From the NCBI GenBank assembly GCA_964529945.1, contig CAZHBM010000001.1, positions 1-48,146 of the forward strand: DNA of 48,146 nt, in the 5' to 3' direction. The stretch's first letter is position 1; every line of letters begins with the position of its first letter. Below are positions 1 to 8,203 of this stretch, piece by piece. The position numbers and the translations under genes are program-made. The DNA is from an uncultured Anaerolineales bacterium (GTDB lineage Bacteria; Chloroflexota; Anaerolineae; 4572-78; NAK82). The notes under the pieces were generated by a model. The model was not told the origin of the DNA, ran no database searches, and saw nothing but the letters and a program-made list of their open reading frames with translations.

Positions 1-169
1 ACATCATGACCAGGCCCGACACAGCATAAATTGCCTGTCGCTGCCACAGGTCGGCCAGGTCCTGGGTCCCACGAGTCGCACTGTCGATCATAGCCACGCC
101 AAAAACGATAAGTAAGACGACTACCCCCGCCAGGACAAAGTCGAAATTTCGCCATACCCTTCTAAACAC
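1..169 (-). CDS. rodA: SEDS-family peptidoglycan polymerase RodA/FtsW, N-terminal fragment (runs off the window edge)
   Basis: The reverse complement translates from GTG (167-169) as MFRRVWRNFDFVLAGVVVLLIVFGVAMIDSATRGTQDLADLWQRQAIYAVSGLVMM. This is the typical RodA/FtsW N-terminus: TM1, a short SA(T/S) loop, then TM2. A GGAGG overlaps the minE stop codon. The gene is absent from the ORF track because it is truncated. Confidence 0.55.
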   Translation of the reverse strand, partial: MFRRVWRNFDFVLAGVVVLLIVFGVAMIDSATRGTQDLADLWQRQAIYAVSGLVMM

Positions 170-177
170 ACACCCTC

Positions 178-441
178 CTAATGCCGGCGACGCCCACCAA
201 GAACGGGAATATCGGCGGTCAGCCGGCTCTGGCGCTTATTCTGCATCAGGCTGACCTCGACGCCGGTCTCATCAATCTCAACGTATCTGGATATGACCAC
301 GATCAGTTCATCTTTCAGTTGTTGTATAAGTTGTGGCGACAGGTTGACACGATCGTGCATCAACACCAGCTCCAACCGGCTCTTGGCTATGTCTCTACTT
401 TTTGCCTTGGACTGACCGAATAATTGGGCAAAGAGGCTCAT
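178..441 (-). CDS. minE: Cell division topological specificity factor MinE
   Basis: 87 aa. It has an N-terminal amphipathic MSLFAQLFG membrane-targeting helix followed by the KSRLELVLMHDR segment typical of MinE. GGAG lies 6 nt upstream of the ATG. It lies immediately downstream of minD. Confidence 0.9.
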   Translation of the reverse strand: MSLFAQLFGQSKAKSRDIAKSRLELVLMHDRVNLSPQLIQQLKDELIVVISRYVEIDETGVEVSLMQNKRQSRLTADIPVLGGRRRH

Positions 442-481
442 AGACTACTCCTGAGTTCTTCGCAAAAAGGTGGTTCCTCTC

Positions 482-1285
482 CTAATTGCGCCGCACCAGA
501 CGGGCTATGTTCTGTAGCCACGACCCGGAAGTTTTGCCATCCAGAGTTATAAATGGTATGTCCTGTCCCATAAGACGGCCGGCAATGTTACGGAAAGCTT
601 GTCCGGCCAGAGAATTGTTTTCCATCACCACCGGAATGCCCCTGTTGGTGGAAATGATGATGTTCTCATCCTCAGGTACAATGCCCAACAGGTCAATGGC
701 CAACACATCCAAGACGTCCTCGGTGTCCAGCATATCGCCGCGTTGCACCATCGTCGGGCGCAGGCGATTGAGGATCAGGCGCGCCGGGCCTTTCTCCGAG
801 GCCTCAACCAGGCCAACCACGCGATCCGCATCGCGCACCGAAGACACCTCGGGCGTGGTAATAATACACACCTCGTCGGCCGGCGCCACTGCATTCCGGA
901 ATCCGGTCTCGATGCCGGCCGGCGAATCGATCAAAATGAAATCAAACTCCGGCCGCAGTTGGTCGCATATGTCAACCATATCTTGAGCACTCACCGACGT
1001 TTTGTCCCGGCTTTGGGCGGCCGGAATCATGTACAGCGTCTCGATGTGTTTGTCTTTTATCATGGCCTGGCGCAACCGGCACGCCCCTTCGACAACGTTG
1101 ACCAGGTCGTACACGATCCGGTTTTCGAGCCCCATCACCACATCGAGGTTGCGCAGGCCGATATCGCCGTCGATGGCAACCACACGCTTCCCCTGCAGAG
1201 CCAAAGCGACGCTAAGATTGGCCGTGGCGGTGGTTTTGCCAACGCCCCCCTTGCCTGAAGTAATCGTGATGACTCTGGCACCCAT
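482..1285 (-). CDS. minD: Septum site-determining ATPase MinD
   Basis: 267 aa with the deviant Walker A TSGKGGVGKTT. The full-length pattern matches ParA/MinD-family MinD. It is flanked by minC and minE. Confidence 0.95.
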   Translation of the reverse strand: MGARVITITSGKGGVGKTTATANLSVALALQGKRVVAIDGDIGLRNLDVVMGLENRIVYDLVNVVEGACRLRQAMIKDKHIETLYMIPAAQSRDKTSVSAQDMVDICDQLRPEFDFILIDSPAGIETGFRNAVAPADEVCIITTPEVSSVRDADRVVGLVEASEKGPARLILNRLRPTMVQRGDMLDTEDVLDVLAIDLLGIVPEDENIIISTNRGIPVVMENNSLAGQAFRNIAGRLMGQDIPFITLDGKTSGSWLQNIARLVRRN

Positions 1286-1309
1286 TGTCTTCTCTCTCTT
1301 CCCGTTCGC

Positions 1310-2110
1310 CTAGAACCAGGTCGATAAGGTGTTGGCGGCACGGCGAATCAAATCTGACCGCCAGTCTCCATACAGCGTGTCGGTCTCGCGCCACGGCTCG
1401 GCCACGATCTGCCCGTTATGCACGAAAGCCATCTCGGGGACAATCGGCAACTCGGCCGGCTGGTCGCCGTCATTGCCCGGCGAACGGGCCATAAAACGGC
1501 CGATACGCAACAGCATAGGCGACAACACCAGGGCACATACCAGGGCGTGCTCATTGCCATCCGCCCCGGCGTGTACGTTTCCCCGCAGGCGCCCCCAGAC
1601 GACAACGTCCCCGGTGGCCACGATCTCGGCCCCCGGATTGACGTCGCCCAGCAGCACGACGTTGCCTTCATACCGGACGCGTTGGCCCGAGCGCAGGATG
1701 CGCTTGACCAGGATCGCCTTCTCATGGTCGGACACCGTCACTTCGTCCTGTCGCGTGCCCGCGCCATCGACCCGCGCCGCGACCGGCGGCGGCAGCGCCG
1801 TTTCCAGGCCCAGCTCCGTAGCGACCTGTTGGGATTCCGGGTTATCGCTCAAGATGGCCCACAGGCTCACCTGGTAGCTGCGCAGTAATTCCCCCACGCT
1901 CTCTATTTGCTCGCGCGTTAATTGTCGCGGCCCAATCTGCAGCGCCACCCGCCCGCCACGGAAGAAGGAAGGGGTCTGCTCCAACCGATTCACCAGGGCC
2001 GCCAACAGCGTCGTCCACTCGCCAGCGCCCAGGTGCACGATCAAGCCGTCGCTGGTTCCCTTAATATTCACATACGTCTGGCTCATTGTATCAACAAGCG
2101 AGTAGACCAT
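1310..2110 (-). CDS. minC: Septum site-determining protein MinC
   Basis: 266 aa. The C-terminal beta-helix signature is GNVVLLGDVNPGAEIVATGDVVVWGRLRGNVHAG. GGAGG lies 5 nt upstream of the ATG at 2110. Confidence 0.9.
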   Translation of the reverse strand: MVYSLVDTMSQTYVNIKGTSDGLIVHLGAGEWTTLLAALVNRLEQTPSFFRGGRVALQIGPRQLTREQIESVGELLRSYQVSLWAILSDNPESQQVATELGLETALPPPVAARVDGAGTRQDEVTVSDHEKAILVKRILRSGQRVRYEGNVVLLGDVNPGAEIVATGDVVVWGRLRGNVHAGADGNEHALVCALVLSPMLLRIGRFMARSPGNDGDQPAELPIVPEMAFVHNGQIVAEPWRETDTLYGDWRSDLIRRAANTLSTWF

Positions 2111-2159
2111 AAGCTCCTCCTCAAACTAGAGGCGCGGTTCACGTCGCACTGACGTCCAT

Positions 2160-4556
2160 TCAGTCCGCATCAAATTCAACCAGGTAGCGATAGCCGGTCT
2201 CCACGTCCAATTCTATCACGTTCGACGGATAGTCCGCCATCTGAATCTGCCATCGCGAGCTTCTCTGTGGATCAACCTCGCCGTAATCAAACTGCCCGTT
2301 CTCCCCGGTTACCACCTGGATTGGCGTCATCGGCTCGCCGGTCGAGGCCTCGTCCAACGGCACAATCTCAAGCCGCATATCCGGCAGAGGTAACCCATCC
2401 CTGCTCAACACGAAACCCTCGATGGCCGCGCCGCCCTGGCCCCAGCCGTCGGTGCCGACCAGTCGCCCGGTGAAGTTGGCCCCCAGTGGCGCTTCGCTGG
2501 TGGCCGGAGGAACGATATCCTCATTTGCCGGCCCTTCATCGTCGGCCTCTATACCAAAATAGGCCCGCAAAATCTTCTGAACGACCGGTACCGATGTTGC
2601 CGACCCCTCGCCACCGCCGTAAATGAACACAACCACCGCAATTTCAGGTGCCTGGGCCGGCGCGTAAGCTGCGAACCAGGCGTGACTGGTACGCACGCGG
2701 CCGTCCTTATCCAGACAGGCCGGGTAACTGTCGCAGAACTCGGCCGTACCCGTCTTGCCGGCCACTTTCACGCCCGGCACCGACAAATCCTCAGCCGTGC
2801 CGCCCGGGGCGGTAACGCCTTCCAATCCTTGCCGGACCAGGGCCAGATTCTCTGGATAGACGCTATCCAACAGGTTTCTGATCACCTGCGGCTCGTGCTT
2901 CTCCACCAGGGTGCCTTCGGCGTCCAACACCTCGTCGACCAGGTAGGGTTGGTAGAGAGTCCCCCCATTAGCGACGGCGGCCATCGCATTCACGACCTGC
3001 AAAGGTGTTGACAGCACGAACCCCTGGCCGATCCCCATATTGTAGGTGTCGCCCGTAACCCACGTCTCGGCGTAGTTAAAACGCTTCCACTTGGGCGTCG
3101 GCACCAACCCGGCCGACTCGCCGGGCAGATCGATCCCTGTCGGGCTGCCCAGGCCGAAAAGCTCGGCATACCGCGCCAGCCGGTCCTCTCCCAACCCAAC
3201 AAAGCCGGTTGGTTCGTAGCCGCCGGCAATCTCGTAGAAGAAGATGTCACACGACACGGTCAAAGCACGCACCACGCTGACCTTGCCGTGACCGTCGCGA
3301 TACCAGCAATAGAAGGGCTGCGCTAATTCCGGATCGTCCGGAAAATATTTGTTCGGCAGCCACAACGTCCCCTCGGCCAGAATCGTCGTATCCGGCTGCA
3401 CCACGCCTTCCTGCAAGGCCCCCGTCGCCGGGATGATCTTGAACGTCGACCCCGGCGGATAAAGCCCGGCTATGGCGTGATCGACCAACGGATGGCGCGG
3501 GTCGCGGCTGAGATTCACGTAGTCGCGAACCGAAATACCATCGGCGAACAACTGGTTGTCATACCCGGGCAGCGACACCATCGCCAGCACCTGGCCGTTG
3601 CGCGGATCGATGGCAATAGCAACCCCGGACTGTTTCGGAAATTCCTTGATGCCTTCCGCCAGGGCATCGGTCACTGCCTGCTGCAGCTTTGCGTCCAGGG
3701 TCAATTTCAGGTTATGCCCCGGCTGGGCCGGAATGGGTTCCCCAATCGTCCGCAGCTTGCGCCCGGTGACGTCTACCTCGACTGTTTCCTTTCCCTTGAT
3801 GCTGCGCAAGAGCGATTCGTACTGGTATTCCAGTCCGGTCAGGCCGACCTTGTCGTCGGCCCCATACCCCTCAGTTTTGTATTCATCAGCCTGGCCCACG
3901 GGGATAGACCCCATGTAGCCTACCATGTGCGCCGTCAACTCGCCGGTGGGATAATCTCGCACCGGGGCGGTCTCAACGAAGACGCCCGGCAGGTTCACTC
4001 TCGCCTCTTCAATCACCTCGGCCACCTCGGCCGTGACATCTTCCTTGATGGTGATCGACTGGTATGGCGCGATCAGGCTGGCCGTGTTGGCCAGATCGCT
4101 GATGCCTTGTGGGATGGCTGCACCGGCGCCGCCCAGCCCGTCACCCAGCGGTCTCTCCCAAGGAGCCCCCAGCCATCCCCCGACGTAGGGTCCGGGTTGC
4201 CGTAATACCATGGCGTCACCCGGGCTGCGTTCGGTGGTAATCGGCATGTCCAGCCATTGTGACAGTTGGGCAAACACCCGCGCCCGCTCTGTCCTGTCGT
4301 CTGGCAAATACGCGGGAATGATGACGACGTTGTAGGTGGGACGATTCCTGACGAGCTGCGTGCCGTTACGATCATAAATGACACCCCGCGGGGCGTCCAA
4401 CGTAACGACGCGGAAACGATTCTGATCGGCCATCAACGCAAATTCCTGACCTCGCGTGACCTGCAAACGCCAAGTCTGAAAAGCCAGGAATACAAAAGCC
4501 AGTATGATCAAGCCCCGAAAAACGATCAACCTAAGCTTAACTTCGTATTCAGTCAT
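2160..4556 (-). CDS. mrdA: Penicillin-binding protein 2 (elongasome class B transpeptidase) with an extra C-terminal domain of about 130 aa
   Basis: 798 aa with an N-terminal TM anchor and a PBP dimerisation region. The transpeptidase motifs are SxxK (PGSTFKII), SxD (VSCD) and KTG (AGKTGTAE). It lies directly upstream of minCDE-rodA. Confidence 0.9.
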   Translation of the reverse strand: MTEYEVKLRLIVFRGLIILAFVFLAFQTWRLQVTRGQEFALMADQNRFRVVTLDAPRGVIYDRNGTQLVRNRPTYNVVIIPAYLPDDRTERARVFAQLSQWLDMPITTERSPGDAMVLRQPGPYVGGWLGAPWERPLGDGLGGAGAAIPQGISDLANTASLIAPYQSITIKEDVTAEVAEVIEEARVNLPGVFVETAPVRDYPTGELTAHMVGYMGSIPVGQADEYKTEGYGADDKVGLTGLEYQYESLLRSIKGKETVEVDVTGRKLRTIGEPIPAQPGHNLKLTLDAKLQQAVTDALAEGIKEFPKQSGVAIAIDPRNGQVLAMVSLPGYDNQLFADGISVRDYVNLSRDPRHPLVDHAIAGLYPPGSTFKIIPATGALQEGVVQPDTTILAEGTLWLPNKYFPDDPELAQPFYCWYRDGHGKVSVVRALTVSCDIFFYEIAGGYEPTGFVGLGEDRLARYAELFGLGSPTGIDLPGESAGLVPTPKWKRFNYAETWVTGDTYNMGIGQGFVLSTPLQVVNAMAAVANGGTLYQPYLVDEVLDAEGTLVEKHEPQVIRNLLDSVYPENLALVRQGLEGVTAPGGTAEDLSVPGVKVAGKTGTAEFCDSYPACLDKDGRVRTSHAWFAAYAPAQAPEIAVVVFIYGGGEGSATSVPVVQKILRAYFGIEADDEGPANEDIVPPATSEAPLGANFTGRLVGTDGWGQGGAAIEGFVLSRDGLPLPDMRLEIVPLDEASTGEPMTPIQVVTGENGQFDYGEVDPQRSSRWQIQMADYPSNVIELDVETGYRYLVEFDAD

Positions 4557-4564
4557 TTAACTTC

Positions 4565-4593
4565 ATTATACATCAGATTAATAGCCAACGCAA
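4565..4593 (-). promoter_or_regulatory. Sigma70-type promoter TTGCGT-N17-TATAAT for mrdA. The -10 ends 8 nt before the ATG, so the mRNA would be leaderless or nearly so.
   Basis: The minus strand reads TTGCGTtggctattaatctgatgTATAATgaagttaaATG. The -35 is at 4593-4588, the -10 at 4570-4565 and the ATG at 4556. The region is AT-rich and there is no SD. Confidence 0.5.
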
Positions 4594-4670
4594 CAAGATT
4601 TTACCACTATATCTAGTATACCAGACCGATCGTGACCCAATATCTTGTATATCAACGCCAAAAATCGACC

Positions 4671-5507
4671 TTAAGACCGCTCTGCCATGTAGGCCTGGTG
4701 GTAGGCCTCGAAACGCTGCCTCAGATCGGCCGTGACCGGCCCCACCATTCCCGAGCCGACCGTTTGATCTTCCACCCGGACGACCGGCATGATGTGCATG
4801 CTGGTGCTGGTGACGAACATCTCGCTGAAGTTGGACAGCTCGCTCAACGGCAACGGTGCCTCCTGCACCTGGTAACCGGCTTCCAGCGCCAGGCGGACCA
4901 CGATGTCACGCGTGATGCCTGACAGTACCAAATCGGACGGTGACGTCAACAGAGTACCGTCAACCACGGTGAAGATGTTGCTGCGCGATCCCTCGGTCAT
5001 GATGCCCCGATCGCACAGAATGGCCTCGCGGGCGCCATGGCGGGCGGCTTCGCGCTGCCCCAAATAGTTCACCAACGTATTCAGCGACTTGCACTTGGGC
5101 AGCGAACGCGCGCCGGCGTACAATACGGCCACCGCCCCCCGCTCGTACTCCTCGGCCGGGAAACGCGGCAACTCCTGTGGCACCACGGCCACCAACACGT
5201 CCTCCTCCGGCAGGCTTGACCCCAGGACGATAATGCGCAAGCGAACGTCTTGTGGGCCGACGTCCCGCAGCAAGTCGTCACACCAGCGCTCGATGTCGCC
5301 CGGACTGTACGGAAGGCTGAGTTCGATCAGAGCGGCCGACTCGAACATGCGCACCAGGTGATCGTACAGGTGAAAAGGCGTTCCCTCGATGACTTCGATG
5401 CTCTCGTACACACCAAAGCTGCTAAACAACGCTGGACTCAGCAGCGGTACTCTGGCGTCCTCCAACGGCCGAATTTGGCCGTTGAGCATCACGTGATACA
5501 ATCCCAT
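4671..5507 (-). CDS. Class IV (fold type IV PLP) aminotransferase, either branched-chain or D-amino-acid type
   Basis: The motifs TEGSRSNIF and LSGITR are typical of class IV aminotransferases. I moved the start from the track ATG (5519) to the ATG at 5507 (MGLYHV...), because GGAGG sits 5 nt upstream of it and inside the longer ORF. Confidence 0.8.
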   Translation of the reverse strand: MGLYHVMLNGQIRPLEDARVPLLSPALFSSFGVYESIEVIEGTPFHLYDHLVRMFESAALIELSLPYSPGDIERWCDDLLRDVGPQDVRLRIIVLGSSLPEEDVLVAVVPQELPRFPAEEYERGAVAVLYAGARSLPKCKSLNTLVNYLGQREAARHGAREAILCDRGIMTEGSRSNIFTVVDGTLLTSPSDLVLSGITRDIVVRLALEAGYQVQEAPLPLSELSNFSEMFVTSTSMHIMPVVRVEDQTVGSGMVGPVTADLRQRFEAYHQAYMAERS

Positions 5508-5622
5508 TAATACCTCCAAAAGCCAGGCACGAAAAAAAGTCCTGCATTCCCTCGGCGGGTTTGCCGGGCTGCGCCTGGATCACGTCGCTCAATTTTACTC
5601 TCAAACCAAGGTAAAGCAAAAG

Positions 5623-6156
5623 ATGACTGAAATCTCAAAGCAGCCCAACGCGCAGATGTGTTTCGTGTGCGGCCTGGAAAACCCGGTCGGGTTGAAGATG
5701 CACTTCTACCAGGACGCAGACGGGCGCACATTGGCCCAATTCACGCCGGAGAAAAAATACGAGGGCTACCCGGGCGTCGTCCACGGCGGCATCGTCACCG
5801 CCATGCTCGACGAGGTGCTCGGCCGGGCCGCCATCGCCGCCGGGGAATGGACGGTAACGGTCCGGCTCAACGTGCGCTTCAGAAGACCGGTGCCCATCGG
5901 TCACCGGTTGACCGTCGTCGGCGAAGTCACCGGCCACAAGCGCAACCTGCTCGAGGCCTGCGGCCAAATACTGCTCGAGGACGGCCAGGTGGCGGCCGAG
6001 GCTACAGGCACGTTTATGAAAATGCCCTCCGAAAACCTCGACCAGATGGTAGACGAGGCCGGCTACTGGAAAGTGGTACCCGATCCGGCACCGCCCACTT
6101 TTGGGGCTCCGGTCTGCCGGTCCGAAGGACACCACCACCCCAATTCGTCGGGCTGA
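5623..6156 (+). CDS. PaaI-family hotdog-fold thioesterase
   Basis: 177 aa with an N-terminal CFVCGLENPVGL motif and the GVVHGGIVTAMLDEVLG hotdog helix motif. Confidence 0.8.
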   Translation: MTEISKQPNAQMCFVCGLENPVGLKMHFYQDADGRTLAQFTPEKKYEGYPGVVHGGIVTAMLDEVLGRAAIAAGEWTVTVRLNVRFRRPVPIGHRLTVVGEVTGHKRNLLEACGQILLEDGQVAAEATGTFMKMPSENLDQMVDEAGYWKVVPDPAPPTFGAPVCRSEGHHHPNSSG

Positions 6157-6177
6157 ATGGCAGCCGCCGGCCTGGTT

Positions 6178-7293
6178 TCATTCACCCTTGTTCCGGATTT
6201 GCTCCAGCGCCCAGGCAGCGTGTTCCCGGACCAGGGGCTCGCTGTCTTGGGCCGCCCGGCGCAATGCCGGCAGCGCCGCTTGACTCCCCCAATTGCCCAA
6301 CGCCACGGCCACGTTGCGCAACAGTCCGCGTCGCTTGCTGCGCCATAATGGCGTGTTCCGGAAACGCTGCCGGAATTGGCTTTCGGACAACGTTATCAAA
6401 TCCAACAGGCGCGGAGCCACCCGTTCGGGGTCGACGTCCGGCGCTTTAATGGCCGCCGAACGGGCGTAACGCCGGGGCCACGGGCAAACCGACTGGCAGG
6501 CGTCGCAGCCAAAGATCCAATTGCCCATCTGCGGGCGGATTGTCTCCGGAATGGAGCCCTTCAATTCGATGGTCAGGTACGAAATGCAGCGCCGGCTGTC
6601 CAGCACGTAAGCGGCCGTCAACGCACCTGTCGGGCAGGCAGCCAGGCAACGCCGGCACTGCCCGCAACCGGCCGGGGCCGGTTGCGTCTGTCCTCTATCG
6701 GCTGCTGCCGCCGGCCGTCGCCAGGTGATTTCGGCGCCCTCCTGCACCGCCGGTTGGTCGTAGTCGAGCTGCGTCGCCACCAATATCTCACCCAAGAAGA
6801 GGAAGGATCCGTAGAGCGGGCTGATCAGGTTGGTGTTGCGCCCGATAAACCCCAGGCCGGCCAGGGCAGCCGCGTCGCGCTCCAGCACCGGCCCGGTATC
6901 GACGTAGACCCGCAGGGCCACATCCTGTCTCAGCTCGCCGGCGATGAACTCGGCCAAATCGCCCAGCCGGGGTGTCATCGTCTCGTGGTAGTCGCTGCCC
7001 CAGGCGTAGCGCGCGATCCGGCCGCGCGATGGGTCGTTCCACAAGACCTCGGGACAATCGCCCTGGTAGTAAGAAAGCCCGACAACGACCACGCTCTGCG
7101 CCCCGGGCAACACCAACTGCGGGTTCTGGCGGCGCTCAACGTCGCGTACCATGTAGCCCATCTGGGCGGCATAGCCGGCTTCGACCCAGGAGGCATAGGC
7201 GTCGGCGTGTGTCGCCCGCTGCACCGGCGCGATCCCGACAAGGTCGAACCCCAGCGCGTGGGCTTTCTCCTTCACCCGGTCTGTCAGGCTCAT
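6178..7293 (-). CDS. queG: tRNA epoxyqueuosine(34) reductase
   Basis: 371 aa with two 4Fe-4S motifs (CGQCRRCLAACP and CDACQSVCP). The conserved CISYLTIE segment is present, along with a C-terminal HEAT-like LVREHAAWAL. Confidence 0.85.
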   Translation of the reverse strand: MSLTDRVKEKAHALGFDLVGIAPVQRATHADAYASWVEAGYAAQMGYMVRDVERRQNPQLVLPGAQSVVVVGLSYYQGDCPEVLWNDPSRGRIARYAWGSDYHETMTPRLGDLAEFIAGELRQDVALRVYVDTGPVLERDAAALAGLGFIGRNTNLISPLYGSFLFLGEILVATQLDYDQPAVQEGAEITWRRPAAAADRGQTQPAPAGCGQCRRCLAACPTGALTAAYVLDSRRCISYLTIELKGSIPETIRPQMGNWIFGCDACQSVCPWPRRYARSAAIKAPDVDPERVAPRLLDLITLSESQFRQRFRNTPLWRSKRRGLLRNVAVALGNWGSQAALPALRRAAQDSEPLVREHAAWALEQIRNKGE

Positions 7294-7312
7294 GAGTGAC
7301 TCCCCTGCGACG

Positions 7313-8164
7313 TCAACGTCTGAATCTCTCTATCACCTCCTGCAAGGAGAAATCCCCTCCCGCCTTCTCGCGAACGGTCCGCATGCGATCGTCGTACGCA
7401 GCAGACTCATCCTGGTAAAACAAACCCAGGTATAGTTTGTTCTCCTCCCAGGCCAGCTTCGTGGCCGCGATCCGGTCCGTCGTGTCGTGGTCCTCCGGGA
7501 TCGGCACCGCCTGCTGCTTGCAGATGGCGTAGGTATCGTTGAATGTGACGCACGGGCTGAGGACATGCACAAATGAAAATCCGCGATGCTGGATGGCTTG
7601 CTTGATCAGCCCGGCCAGGTTCTGCACCTTGGACGAAAGACCCTGGGCCACAAAAGAGGCACCGTAGGCCAATACCATGGCAATTGGGTTGGCCGGCGTA
7701 TCGACGGACCCGTACGGCGACGCCCGCCGCTCGATTCCACAAGGGCTGGTCGGAGAGGGTTGGCCTTTGGTCATACCGTAGATGGCGTTATCCATCACAA
7801 TGTAGGTGATGTCCACGTTACGCCGGGCGGCATGGGGCAGATGACCGGCCCCAATGCTGAACGCGTCGCCGTCTCCACCCACAGCCAACACCGTCAGCTG
7901 TGGGTTGGCCATTTTGACGCCCGTGGCCAATGGCAGCGCGCGACCGTGCACGCCGTGGAAGCCGTACGATTTCAAATAAGCCGGGAATCGTCCCGAACAG
8001 CCAATCCCCGACGTGATGGCCACGTAGGTCGGGTCCAATTCCAGCTCCACAAACGCCTTGATGGTAGCCGTCAGGACCCCGTAATCGCCACAGCCCGGAC
8101 ACCACACCGGCTTGACGTCGCTCTTCCACTCTTTGGCCGTAATCGGCTCGGATAATGTAATCAT
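7313..8164 (-). CDS. korB: 2-oxoacid:ferredoxin oxidoreductase, beta (TPP-binding) subunit
   Basis: It carries WCPGCGDYG and the TPP motif GGDGDAFSIGAGH. I moved the start to the ATG at 8164 (MITLSEP...), which follows GGGAAAGGGAG. The track start at 8188 includes that SD. Confidence 0.85.
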   Translation of the reverse strand: MITLSEPITAKEWKSDVKPVWCPGCGDYGVLTATIKAFVELELDPTYVAITSGIGCSGRFPAYLKSYGFHGVHGRALPLATGVKMANPQLTVLAVGGDGDAFSIGAGHLPHAARRNVDITYIVMDNAIYGMTKGQPSPTSPCGIERRASPYGSVDTPANPIAMVLAYGASFVAQGLSSKVQNLAGLIKQAIQHRGFSFVHVLSPCVTFNDTYAICKQQAVPIPEDHDTTDRIAATKLAWEENKLYLGLFYQDESAAYDDRMRTVREKAGGDFSLQEVIERFRR

Positions 8165-8203
8165 CCTATCTCCCTTTCCCATCCACATCTCACGCAGGGC
8201 AGA

